Origin: Patescibacteria group bacterium
GTDB lineage: Bacteria; Patescibacteriota; Minisyncoccia; Phycocordibacterales; UBA918
Direction: 5' to 3'
Assembly: GCA_040386275.1 (NCBI GenBank)
Contig: JAZKFU010000008.1
Location: 176,219 to 240,218 of the forward strand
Length of the DNA stretch: 64,000 bases
Of this stretch, positions 28,398-37,654 are shown piece after piece; the stretch's first letter is position 1; every line of letters begins with the position of its first letter. The translations under genes were made by a program, and so were the position numbers. The notes beneath the pieces were generated by a model. The model made no database searches and had not been told where the DNA came from. It saw only the letters and a list, made by a program, of their open reading frames with translations.

Positions 28398-28430
28398 AGA
28401 AAACCGCGCCAGTTGTTGGCGCGGGTTATT
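28398..28430 (-). terminator. rho-independent terminator
   Basis: aaccgcgcca-gttgt-tggcgcggtt stem; T-run on the minus strand. Confidence 0.55.
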
Positions 28431-28441
28431 CATAATTATAT

Positions 28442-28762
28442 TTATTTGACCAATCTCAGATGTGCAGGCCCATCTTTGATCACGGCCGTCATTGCCGGTG
28501 GAACCGGATCGATGTACCGTGCCCACTTTTTCACGTGCCCTTGATGGAATTCAGAAATGGCATGCAGACCAGTCAACCTCCAGCCCTCGGCGTAGTCTTG
28601 GGTTTTTTCAAATTCACCGTCGAAGTAATCGCACACACTTTTTTCGCTTGCGCTAGCCGTGGTAAAAATTGTCACCATGTGTGAACGGAGAGGATACTTT
28701 CTTTTATCCGTTTTCTCTTTAACGGTTTTGGCTATTGGTCTCGAAATGGTATATACCGTCAT
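28442..28762 (-). CDS. hypothetical protein (106 aa)
   Basis: ORF with downstream terminator; no domain recognised. Confidence 0.4.
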   Translation of the reverse strand: MTVYTISRPIAKTVKEKTDKRKYPLRSHMVTIFTTASASEKSVCDYFDGEFEKTQDYAEGWRLTGLHAISEFHQGHVKKWARYIDPVPPAMTAVIKDGPAHLRLVK

Positions 28763-28870
28763 ACCCGATCCTTTCCCTTATTAGCAACTTTCTACCGATA
28801 GAGTATCGTGCAGATAATAATTGTCAATCATTGAGGCACTGATGTCTCACTACTGAACAATTACAATACA

Positions 28871-29398
28871 TTAATCATCAGACGTCGGTGCACCAGATAC
28901 TTCTTCCTGCTGGCGCTTTTTTCGTTCTTCCTCATCAGGGTCATCGGTACCCGAAATAGTAGCTACAGCAACCCGACGATTCACGTGTGGAATTCGAGGA
29001 ATGATGATTGATGCAAACGTAGCCACCACGGCTATTTGGTAGTATCCAAACCCAATCGCCATACCAATAGCGCCCGCAAACCAAATACTCGCAGCTGTGG
29101 TCAAATTACGCACGGTGAGGCCATCTTTTAAAATCAACCCAGCTCCTAGGAACCCGATACCCGACACAACTTGGGCCGCAATACGAGATTGTGACGCCGG
29201 GTCAACCGTCATGGACATAAAAGTAAACAACATCGCCCCAGAAATCACAAACGAGTGCGTACTAATCCCAGCATCCTTCCCCCGCGACTCCCGTTCAATC
29301 CCAATCAAAGTCCCCAAAACAATAGCAATAAACAAATCAAATGAAAAAGTCACCGTAGTCGGGTCGATATAAATAAGCGAAGACAAATTTTCAAACAT
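28871..29398 (-). CDS. MgtC/SapB family membrane protein
   Basis: LGTLIGIERESRGKDAGISTH matches the MgtC N-terminal signature. Confidence 0.75.
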   Translation of the reverse strand: MFENLSSLIYIDPTTVTFSFDLFIAIVLGTLIGIERESRGKDAGISTHSFVISGAMLFTFMSMTVDPASQSRIAAQVVSGIGFLGAGLILKDGLTVRNLTTAASIWFAGAIGMAIGFGYYQIAVVATFASIIIPRIPHVNRRVAVATISGTDDPDEEERKKRQQEEVSGAPTSDD

Positions 29399-29477
29399 AG
29401 GGAGAATTTATAGCAGAAAATTTAAGTCAGATCAAATATTATTAAATAATACTTATATATTTAAAACTCGAATTTAA

Positions 29478-30113
29478 CTAAATAAACAAATGAAAGTCGT
29501 GGTGTAAGGTTATTGCTGTATTATTTAAATAAACTTTTTTTAAATTTAAATTAATTTTTAAAACACCAACTGTTTTCTTTTTATGACAATTTGGACACAA
29601 TGCCCATAAGTTAGAGATTTCTTCCCCTCCACCATTTGCTTTTGGAATAATATGATCAATATCAATACTATACCGATTTTTGCCATTTCCATCTTTCCAT
29701 TCTATGGACCATCCACACACCTGACAAGAATAATCTTCTAATTTAGAAACAATCTTTTTTTGATTTCTATTCTCAATTCTAATTTTTACAATATGTTTCT
29801 TATGTGATGGTGCAGTTGTAATAAAAGCTTGAGCTTTTTTTATAAGTGCAGCTTTATTTCGTACTGTAATTTTTTCACCTTCAAATGTTTCAAGATCATC
29901 ATATTCAGTAAGTGCATACACTCCTATGTCAACACGCTTAAAATTAAAACCTCGGTAGAGCTCTCTATATAACACTCCACGAATACCCGCTTTCCAATCT
30001 TTTGCGTCCATTGCGTCTGGATAAAATTTTGTGATGTGATTGTAAATATAAGTTAGTGGAGCAGCCCCTCCATTTTCTTTTATAACTTTAACAATAGCTT
30101 GTATTTTAGTCAT
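29478..30113 (-). CDS. HNH endonuclease with N-terminal winged-helix (HARE-HTH-like) DNA-binding domain
   Basis: C-terminal CQVCGW...DIDHIIPKANGGGEEISNLWALCPNCH HNH motif; N-terminal ...IRGVLYRE...RVDIGVYALTE. Confidence 0.7.
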   Translation of the reverse strand: MTKIQAIVKVIKENGGAAPLTYIYNHITKFYPDAMDAKDWKAGIRGVLYRELYRGFNFKRVDIGVYALTEYDDLETFEGEKITVRNKAALIKKAQAFITTAPSHKKHIVKIRIENRNQKKIVSKLEDYSCQVCGWSIEWKDGNGKNRYSIDIDHIIPKANGGGEEISNLWALCPNCHKKKTVGVLKINLNLKKVYLNNTAITLHHDFHLFI

Positions 30114-30121
30114 AAGTTTAA

Positions 30122-31048
30122 TTACTTTATTAAATCAACAAATCTAATTACTTTATTTATTTTCCAATCAATAATTTTTGAATAAATACCGTTATGTTTG
30201 TGCATTCTATTGTAAATACACCCCTCGCACTCATATTCCTCGATTTTATCTAACTCCTCAGTCTGTTCACCAAACAACTTAAATTGCCCAGGTATTGCCT
30301 CAACTTCATGAAAACAAGTCATAGGAACTACATAACGCAATCCATCCATCTGAATAATGTTCCAACTAATTATCTCAGCAAATTCCTCCTGAACCTTCAG
30401 TGATGGTTTCTGGGAGAACTTCGTCTCATAGTAATCAATGAGTGTATAGAGTAGATTTTCTCGAGCAATCAATACATTGTCGCCTTGCCACTCATACCCA
30501 TAACTTGCCTTGAACGCCTCCCGCGCCCAATTTAGCCAATCTTTCTTGTTGTCACAGTAACGAGAAACCACTTTCAACTTCCGGTCTAAAAAACCTACTC
30601 GCCCTGAAATACTGATGAGTGCTCCATGCGCAGTGGGGTTGTATCTAGTGACTATGAATGGCGCTTCTCCACAAGTAATCTCAAGTTTTAGTTCACGGAC
30701 ATACTCCTGCCAATTTTTTTTGTTTGGTTGAGAGCTTTCTAGTGCCTTGTTCATCTGCTCAATAGTCTTGAGTGGTGTAAAGACTTCGGCTTTCTCTTTT
30801 GTTCGATGTCGTTGTTCTTCCAGACTCTTTGCAGCACGAGGCTGAATGAGTAGTCGATACATACCCGTAACCAACTCTGGCTTTATTTGTTTATCCGGGG
30901 CAAATGCTCTCCCATATTGTCCATATGAATCAGTTGCCCAGATAATATTCTTTTTTGTTGTATGGTCGGTGAGAAGAATATCAAGCAAACAACCCTGGCG
31001 ACGAAGGGTGCTTTCCTTGATGTCGATGTCATATGAGGTCGCCACCAT
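30122..31048 (-). CDS. hypothetical protein coupled to the upstream 1323-aa fusion gene
   Basis: 308 aa; its ATG lies 4 nt after the stop of the upstream gene; contains an AEVFTP motif resembling MTase motif X and a possible degenerate CGEAPF; function not assignable. Confidence 0.4.
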   Translation of the reverse strand: MVATSYDIDIKESTLRRQGCLLDILLTDHTTKKNIIWATDSYGQYGRAFAPDKQIKPELVTGMYRLLIQPRAAKSLEEQRHRTKEKAEVFTPLKTIEQMNKALESSQPNKKNWQEYVRELKLEITCGEAPFIVTRYNPTAHGALISISGRVGFLDRKLKVVSRYCDNKKDWLNWAREAFKASYGYEWQGDNVLIARENLLYTLIDYYETKFSQKPSLKVQEEFAEIISWNIIQMDGLRYVVPMTCFHEVEAIPGQFKLFGEQTEELDKIEEYECEGCIYNRMHKHNGIYSKIIDWKINKVIRFVDLIK

Positions 31049-31051
31049 AGT

Positions 31052-34000
31052 TTATGTCATCAGCTTTACGTTTGTTTCTATGAAGTCAATTTCAGTCTTA
31101 TCTAAAGAGTACTTCTTGTATAACTGCTGATCAATTTCAGCAACTGTTTTTGACCAGTCGATATCTGATTTCTTAGTAAAATCTTGCATTGGAACATTAG
31201 ACCAAACACTTTTTGAATTATCTTGTGTTACTTTGAGGGTACCCAGAAGTGAACGATTGAACTTTGTCTTTAGATATTTAATACAGTTTTGCGCTTCACT
31301 ATTTGTTTCGAAAGAACCAATTTGTAAAAATGAGTAAGTGCAGCCTGTTCGAGGCCCAGCAACAATTGGTGTACTCAGAACTTCTCCTAACGTACCGCTG
31401 CCATTTGATTTTGCTAACAGTACTTTCCACTTATTTAACTTAGAGTCATTTACTATAGATTCACTAATGTAACGTTCCGTTCGCTTATTACCCTTTTCAA
31501 GACCTAAAATTTTTATATCCGTATCAGAATTCTGATTTTTTGCGAACACTTTTGGAAACCTTTCAAAATAATTTGGAGCAATACGTAAATCATTTGGATA
31601 TTTTTTGTCCAACACAACATTTAATTTAGTTTCCCCTCTTGGTCCTACAATTGAGCTAAATCTATTACTACCTATTTTTGATAAGACACTCCTCAATTCT
31701 TTATACGGAACAAACGTACCGCCCAGTCCACCAGTTGGTTTATTTTTATTCCACACCGTTATACAAACACCACCCTTAATGTCGACACCGGAGAAGATCT
31801 TTTGTGAATTTGGTTCGTACAAAGCAATGCTTAGATGTGGATCATTAAGCATTTGTCTATTCCACTCTTTAGGGGTAGCACCTGCATTGAAAAGAAAACG
31901 AGCAGGATGAATCAGTGAGACATAGTCAGGACCAAGACTTTTCGCTGCATCAAAAAACAGGTGGTAGACCGGCGTTGCAAAATTTGTCTCAGTATTTATT
32001 TGGTAGGGAGGATTCCCTACCACTGCTTTGAATTTCATATCATTTGGTAGCTTAAATTTTTCTAGTAATTCATTTTTGAGTTCATAGTCTGTAAAACAAT
32101 CTTTCTGCTGTAGCTTTTGCACCAAGTCATTGATATAGACAATGTTCGGCTTGTAACTCTCGTTATAACCAGCGAGCGTACGCTTGGTTATACTCTGTGC
32201 CATCGGGCTTTTACAAAGTACGTATATATGGTTACTGAGTACGTCTGCCCATATTTTATGAGCTTCTCGCTCCTCTAGCTTTTTACTCGCAACAAGCTTC
32301 CGTGAATATACATTGTACGCCGCTAGTAGCGGATACAGACCTGATTTAGAGTTAATTTCAAGTATTTTAGCATCTTCCTGACTCCATACGCTAGTGTCGA
32401 CGCCCTTACTTACCCAAATTGGCTTTCCAGTCTTTTTATCCACTTCACCACTGCTAAAGTTGTGACCACCAAATGCAAGAGTGAGGTGTTTATTAACTAC
32501 ATTCCATGGAGTAAGGACTGTTTCCTTGTCAGGGTTTTTAAAGGTGCTGAAAATATCTGCAATAGCCTGTACTCGTTCAGTTGGTAATAAATCATCACAA
32601 TCAAATGCTTTAGCACGAATGCTATGAGCTACTCCCTTAAAGACATCTTCGTCATAGTATTTTGTAAAATCACGGAACTGAGCTTTTGTCAGCCCGGCAG
32701 GCATAAACTCTTGCCATGATTCTTCATCCACTAAATTAATGAACTTACTGAGAGTAATGTCTTCCCGAATCGAAACATTAGCTCCATATACCAGCATCGG
32801 CATACGAATACTAACTGCCCGTAAGATACTTACTGCTGTTTGCTTTTGCCTACGTGCTTCTTTGAGTTTATTTAACGCTTCTTTCTGCTCCTCTGTCAGT
32901 ACTTCACCTTTTTTCTTTTTGCGTTCCGCTTCTTCCGCTTGCTTAGTCTTGAGATCATCCATTCCTAACTCATTGATCTTTATCTCATTTACACGCTCGG
33001 TTGATGATTTACCAACTAATTCTTTTAGCTGATTGAATTTCGCTATATCTAACTCATCAAGTTTCAATAGCTCATCGTTATAAAGTTTAGGATCATCAAA
33101 ACCATTTCGACTCACGCGCTCTATGATGGCTTTTTTAAGCTGACCCAGCATCATACTTACGTCATATAGCTTCATACTGCCACCTTCAGCAGCCAAAATC
33201 GGACAGAAATTAAGGAACCGCTCCATCGCTTCTTTCTGCTCGGGTGTATTTATCTTGCCAGATTTGTGGTTAAGCTCTATCGCTTCAGCAACAAGCTTTA
33301 GTGTTCGGTCAGGTGCAAAATCAAATACATAGCCCTGGGTCTTTATCTTCCCTTCAATTTTGGCTGGTGTCTGACAACGAAACGCTGTTTGCAAATACGT
33401 AGTAGCGGAATTAGTATCCGACATCATAAATACAGCGGTCCACTCTTTGATAGAGGCTCCTGTAGTGAGCCTCTGTCCTGTGAGAGTAATGGTGAAGTCG
33501 TTGTTCTTGATAGCTGTCGTTACACGATTTTTTGCATCACTGTCCTCCTCATCGTCATGATTGTTACCAGAAATATTTACGATACCAAACTTGCCGAAAA
33601 CGGAATGTTTCTTTAATAGATTCTCCATCGCCTCAATTGTTTTTACCCGATTAGGCAACAACCATAGCGAGTGTTTATTGAAATTACGATACTCTTCAGT
33701 CGCATAGGGAAACTTTGTTGGCAGCGTGTTGTTTACCAGAAGATCTAAAAACTTCTTTACCATTGACTCGTGCACAAACCGAGCTGGCGAATCAGCATCA
33801 TCTTCTGCAATCCTAAAAAACTCATGAAATTTAAATGCTCCGTCAAGTGAATCATGGAAACCTTCACCAAAAGTACCGATATGATTCGCATAGGTATCAA
33901 TATCGTATGTAAAGATATTTAACGCAGGTAACTCTGCATATGGATTTGGAACACCTGGATTTTGTTCGTCCCAGTTTAGCTTTGCTTCTTGCTCCATTAC

Positions 34001-35023
34001 ATAGTCCCAGGTGTAAATGTCCTCCTCTTCATGTTTGTGCAGAATATTAAATGGTGTACCAGACAGTTGTAATGTAAAGTTGGTTGGGATTTTAGAAAAT
34101 GTGGTATCGCCTAGATTACTTTGTGTCCCCTCGTGTGCTTCATCTACAATGACCATATCCCATATGGTGTCGAAAACTTGATCGTTCTTATCGAAACCCC
34201 TTGCTTCGGACCCTGAAGATTCATCAGCAACTACCCGCTTCGAGAGTCGCAGATCCTGAATTGAAGCAAAGTACACAAATGATTTACCGCTTTCCAACAA
34301 AACACCAATATTTTCACCTTTTGACTTTGAAGCATATTCATACCCAGCCCCAGCTAAAACCTTGTTGAAATCATCGTACCAGTCAACACTTACACTGGGT
34401 CGATGGGTAACGATAAGTACTCGCTTCATCTTAATTTCCTTAGCAACTTGCATGGCAGCAGATGTTTTGCCGAAACGCATCTTAGCATTCCAAAGAAAGT
34501 GTTTTCGCTTTTTCGCTATTGCTGTGCTTGTCTTTCTGATAGCCTCAAGCTGATTAGGACGGAAAGAAAATTCTGCTGTGGATTTAGCACTTTTTTCTTT
34601 AGTCGATAGAGCTGTTCTCCCCTCCTTTACTGCTTGAATTGCATTTTTAGCAACTGCCAAATTAACTTCAAACCATTCTGACCGAGTATTTCTTACACTC
34701 TCAGTCTTACGCTCATAACCTGATCGAATAAGTAGCTGGTGAACTTCATGATCTGAAAAACAATCACCCTCATTCATAACTGCAAGTTCTACATATTCAA
34801 GCTTATACGGAATATCAGCAGTTTTAGTTTGAGCTTTAATTCTTTCGTGTGCAGCGATTTCGATATCTTGCTGTGTAGGTTCGAGTGAACTTGTAGTCGC
34901 TTTACCAATTTTCAGGCGTCCTTCATGGGACCTGAGAGGAATTGAGTATACGTAAACAATACCGTATGAAAAAGTTTCATGAATATTATTAATAACAGCA
35001 TGATTCGGTACCCCTTTAGACAT
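31052..35023 (-). CDS. large restriction/defence fusion protein: GIY-YIG/T5orf172-like N-terminus, SF2 DEAH helicase (ResIII-like) and N6-adenine DNA methyltransferase-like domain (NPPY)
   Basis: GIVYVY...LKIGKATT at residues 21-44; Walker A RFGKTSAAM at 183-191; DEAH at 294-297 (nt 34133-34144 verified); motif VI QTAFRCQ at about 545; coiled-coil K/E-rich linker; VVGNPPYQ at 1001-1008 (nt 32003-32014 verified); downstream NGSGTLG at about 1207. Confidence 0.7.
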   Translation of the reverse strand: MSKGVPNHAVINNIHETFSYGIVYVYSIPLRSHEGRLKIGKATTSSLEPTQQDIEIAAHERIKAQTKTADIPYKLEYVELAVMNEGDCFSDHEVHQLLIRSGYERKTESVRNTRSEWFEVNLAVAKNAIQAVKEGRTALSTKEKSAKSTAEFSFRPNQLEAIRKTSTAIAKKRKHFLWNAKMRFGKTSAAMQVAKEIKMKRVLIVTHRPSVSVDWYDDFNKVLAGAGYEYASKSKGENIGVLLESGKSFVYFASIQDLRLSKRVVADESSGSEARGFDKNDQVFDTIWDMVIVDEAHEGTQSNLGDTTFSKIPTNFTLQLSGTPFNILHKHEEEDIYTWDYVMEQEAKLNWDEQNPGVPNPYAELPALNIFTYDIDTYANHIGTFGEGFHDSLDGAFKFHEFFRIAEDDADSPARFVHESMVKKFLDLLVNNTLPTKFPYATEEYRNFNKHSLWLLPNRVKTIEAMENLLKKHSVFGKFGIVNISGNNHDDEEDSDAKNRVTTAIKNNDFTITLTGQRLTTGASIKEWTAVFMMSDTNSATTYLQTAFRCQTPAKIEGKIKTQGYVFDFAPDRTLKLVAEAIELNHKSGKINTPEQKEAMERFLNFCPILAAEGGSMKLYDVSMMLGQLKKAIIERVSRNGFDDPKLYNDELLKLDELDIAKFNQLKELVGKSSTERVNEIKINELGMDDLKTKQAEEAERKKKKGEVLTEEQKEALNKLKEARRQKQTAVSILRAVSIRMPMLVYGANVSIREDITLSKFINLVDEESWQEFMPAGLTKAQFRDFTKYYDEDVFKGVAHSIRAKAFDCDDLLPTERVQAIADIFSTFKNPDKETVLTPWNVVNKHLTLAFGGHNFSSGEVDKKTGKPIWVSKGVDTSVWSQEDAKILEINSKSGLYPLLAAYNVYSRKLVASKKLEEREAHKIWADVLSNHIYVLCKSPMAQSITKRTLAGYNESYKPNIVYINDLVQKLQQKDCFTDYELKNELLEKFKLPNDMKFKAVVGNPPYQINTETNFATPVYHLFFDAAKSLGPDYVSLIHPARFLFNAGATPKEWNRQMLNDPHLSIALYEPNSQKIFSGVDIKGGVCITVWNKNKPTGGLGGTFVPYKELRSVLSKIGSNRFSSIVGPRGETKLNVVLDKKYPNDLRIAPNYFERFPKVFAKNQNSDTDIKILGLEKGNKRTERYISESIVNDSKLNKWKVLLAKSNGSGTLGEVLSTPIVAGPRTGCTYSFLQIGSFETNSEAQNCIKYLKTKFNRSLLGTLKVTQDNSKSVWSNVPMQDFTKKSDIDWSKTVAEIDQQLYKKYSLDKTEIDFIETNVKLMT

Positions 35024-35054
35024 ACAGAAAGAGTAGCATTTTTAACCCTTTTTC

Positions 35055-35345
35055 TCAATTTATGACTTTGTATTGCAATAGTAGATAAAGAGTAGCCACA
35101 TTCTGCATAATAATCAACGGTATCCCTACCTGAAAGTACCATTTTCGGGTTTTGTGGCGAAGCAGGATCATTGCGAGGTAAATCCCTAGGCTACCGCCAG
35201 CAGCGGCTAGGAAGAATAATACGCCTTCTGGGGTACGTTCTATGTTGCCGCCAGCTATGGATTTACGTTTGTCGTTAGCCATGACTAAAAAGGCAAAGAT
35301 GTTAATGACGGCCAGGATTGCTAGCAATATATTTTCTATAGCCAT
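35055..35345 (-). CDS. DUF1294-like small membrane protein
   Basis: ANDKRKSIAGGNIERTPEGVLFFLAAAGGSLGIYLAMILLRHKTRKWYF resembles the DUF1294 family. Confidence 0.5.
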   Translation of the reverse strand: MAIENILLAILAVINIFAFLVMANDKRKSIAGGNIERTPEGVLFFLAAAGGSLGIYLAMILLRHKTRKWYFQVGIPLIIMQNVATLYLLLQYKVIN

Positions 35346-35348
35346 AGA

Positions 35349-35906
35349 TTAGGACAATTTCACACTATCGCTCACTAGGGGCTTTAGGTATTGCTGGTAT
35401 CTGGCGTCAGTTAGGGTTAGCTTGTAGTTGATGCGGTTGATTATTATTTTATAGGTTTTGCCGGCTTTACCGCGGATAGTGGTCTGGATGCGGAAGGTGG
35501 CGGTTTTGCCGGCGGGAATTTTGGCGTAGAGGAGGGTACCGAGAGTTACTTGGGAGACGCCTTCTCCACGGACGGTGACGTCAGCTGTGGTGATGACGCC
35601 TTCACCAGTGCCTTCGATTTGATACATGAAGCCAGTTGGTTTTTTGCCAGAGGCTATGGAGAGCGGGAGAAATACATCGGATTTTTTGGCAGTGATTTCT
35701 ACTGTAATCAGGAACTTTCCGAGTGCTTTGTCTTTCTCCCCTTCTACTTTGACTCGTTCAAAGCGAGCTTGGTCTTTGCCTTGCTTAACCGTGATGTTTT
35801 CATCTTTTCCTTCAGCTTTGTTGGCTATTACAAGCTCGTCTTGTAGGCGCTTTAGTTGTATTGCTAGGTCTTTTAAAAATTGTTTACCCTGAGGTGTTTT
35901 TGCCAT
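35349..35906 (-). CDS. hypothetical protein
   Basis: ORF in the AT-rich island; likely start at the internal Met (MAKTPQGKQ). Confidence 0.35.
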   Translation of the reverse strand: MAKTPQGKQFLKDLAIQLKRLQDELVIANKAEGKDENITVKQGKDQARFERVKVEGEKDKALGKFLITVEITAKKSDVFLPLSIASGKKPTGFMYQIEGTGEGVITTADVTVRGEGVSQVTLGTLLYAKIPAGKTATFRIQTTIRGKAGKTYKIIINRINYKLTLTDARYQQYLKPLVSDSVKLS

Positions 35907-35995
35907 ATCTATAATTATAGGATATAGACTAATGGGTATTTGGGAGTTTGTACCATAAAAAAACGTCACCCCAGGGTATGGGATGACGTCAGTGG

Positions 35996-36973
35996 TTAGG
36001 ACTGAAGGACTAATTCTCGGTGGATCATTTGATTCACTACCAACTGCTTACTGAGCGCGTATTTGCCACACTGGGCATACAGCTGGGCTATACGAGGTAA
36101 ATCGTCCTTTAGATGTTCGTACCCATCAGTAACTTCGGCTAGTTCGTTTAGCTTGTCATGCCGTCGTGTCGCCGAAGTGATCCCCTCTGGCACTACTTCA
36201 TTACGCTCTAGCCAATCTTGTACTCGATTTATACAAGACTGGTAGTCTGCGAGCGTTTTGTTGACGAGAGATGCTCCATCAATCATATACAGCGTGTAGT
36301 TCGGAAAAGAACGTTCAAACGCTGTGATGATGAATTCTAACCGTGCGGTGGGCAGTTGGTATAACCAACGGTTCCCGGACGGGTTCGTGAGCTGTACCTG
36401 TTGTATCAAGAGCCGACGGTTCTCCATCACGGAAAAACTTACGGTCATGACATGCTTTTGACGATGATAGACAAGGAACGCAAACACGCCGTCGATGAAG
36501 GTGCGTGCGTACTTGGAATAGCCAAATTGATTGTAGCCAGTAGTGTAGTCCAACCGCAGTTCAAACTCAGGCGGTAAACCAAGAGAGTACGAGCGTATGC
36601 CGTTGTAGACATCCACGAGTTCGTTCCAAGTACCTTTTCCCACGCCCCAACGCCACCATGAGCTTTGGATTTTTCGAACTACTTCGTGGTTTGGATCCTT
36701 TTCAAAGACCTCATCAACTGTCCGATCCATGATTTTGGCACTCGAGAACCTCATTTTGCAGAGATCCTCAAAGGTAAAGTCAGACAGCTCATTAAGTGGC
36801 AGTTCATGGAACTGACTATAAAAGTCAAAGGAAGAATAATAGGCTTCGATGTACTGCTTACTCCTGGCCAACTTTTCAGTGACATTTTCAATTGACCGCA
36901 CTGGGTTGGTGACATACTCTTCACGAACCTTGTGGAGGTCTGAGGTGAGTACGGAAAGTTCTAGACCAATCAT
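35996..36973 (-). CDS. hypothetical protein (island-encoded)
   Basis: ORF; likely start MIGLELSV; divergent from the PD-(D/E)xK gene. Confidence 0.4.
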   Translation of the reverse strand: MIGLELSVLTSDLHKVREEYVTNPVRSIENVTEKLARSKQYIEAYYSSFDFYSQFHELPLNELSDFTFEDLCKMRFSSAKIMDRTVDEVFEKDPNHEVVRKIQSSWWRWGVGKGTWNELVDVYNGIRSYSLGLPPEFELRLDYTTGYNQFGYSKYARTFIDGVFAFLVYHRQKHVMTVSFSVMENRRLLIQQVQLTNPSGNRWLYQLPTARLEFIITAFERSFPNYTLYMIDGASLVNKTLADYQSCINRVQDWLERNEVVPEGITSATRRHDKLNELAEVTDGYEHLKDDLPRIAQLYAQCGKYALSKQLVVNQMIHRELVLQS

Positions 36974-37091
36974 GGCATTCTCCTGGGCTAAGTTTCTGGG
37001 GTGGATTATACTATGGATTTGGTATTTGTATAGAGTTGAAGTTTGTACCCTTTTGAAGCATTTTAAAATTTTGATTGGTATAATTGGATTC

Positions 37092-37568
37092 ATGAATAAT
37101 ATACATTTCACCCATGAGTTGGTTAAAGGTAAGATTGCTGAATTAATATTTGCCCAAATGATTCGTAGTACTGGAGTGCACACCATCCTTGAATTTGGAT
37201 ATGAAAAAACATTACCTTCTCTTGCTCAAATGCATCCTCGCAGTGAGTCTTCTGCTGAAACAATGGAGATCATTAAACGAGCTCCAGATTTTACAATTAT
37301 CAACCATAAATCAAAAGAGGTACATTTGATTGAAGTGAAGTATATGAAAGAAGTAAAGCCGGCAGTAGTGATGCGTGCTGCTCGTAATATTGAGAAGTCA
37401 TGGAAACAAGCGGCTTTATTTGTTGCTTCACCGACCGGTTTTTACTTTGACCAAATCGATAAAATTATAAAAAACAAAGGACAAATTTCTGAATTTAAAC
37501 ATAATAATATTACGCCTAAAACGCAGAAGGAGTATTTGAAGTTATTGAATGAGTTTATTGCGATTTAG
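37092..37568 (+). CDS. PD-(D/E)xK nuclease-fold protein
   Basis: PDFTIINHKSKEVHLIEVKY fits the D...(E/D)xK core; start at MNNIHF rather than the long upstream extension that overlaps the divergent gene. Confidence 0.45.
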   Translation: MNNIHFTHELVKGKIAELIFAQMIRSTGVHTILEFGYEKTLPSLAQMHPRSESSAETMEIIKRAPDFTIINHKSKEVHLIEVKYMKEVKPAVVMRAARNIEKSWKQAALFVASPTGFYFDQIDKIIKNKGQISEFKHNNITPKTQKEYLKLLNEFIAI

Positions 37569-37654
37569 AGCAGATTCGAGAAGATTCGAACCTTACAGGT
37601 TCAGTACCCGTTGTCGCTAGATTAGTGCGCTTCGCTTCTAATCTAGCTGGCAAC

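Noticed and set aside
36849-37091. Long N-terminal extension of the PD-(D/E)xK ORF (ORF track start 36849)
   Set aside because: The extension overlaps the divergent minus-strand gene and is hydrophobic junk. The conserved nuclease core begins at the Met at 37092.
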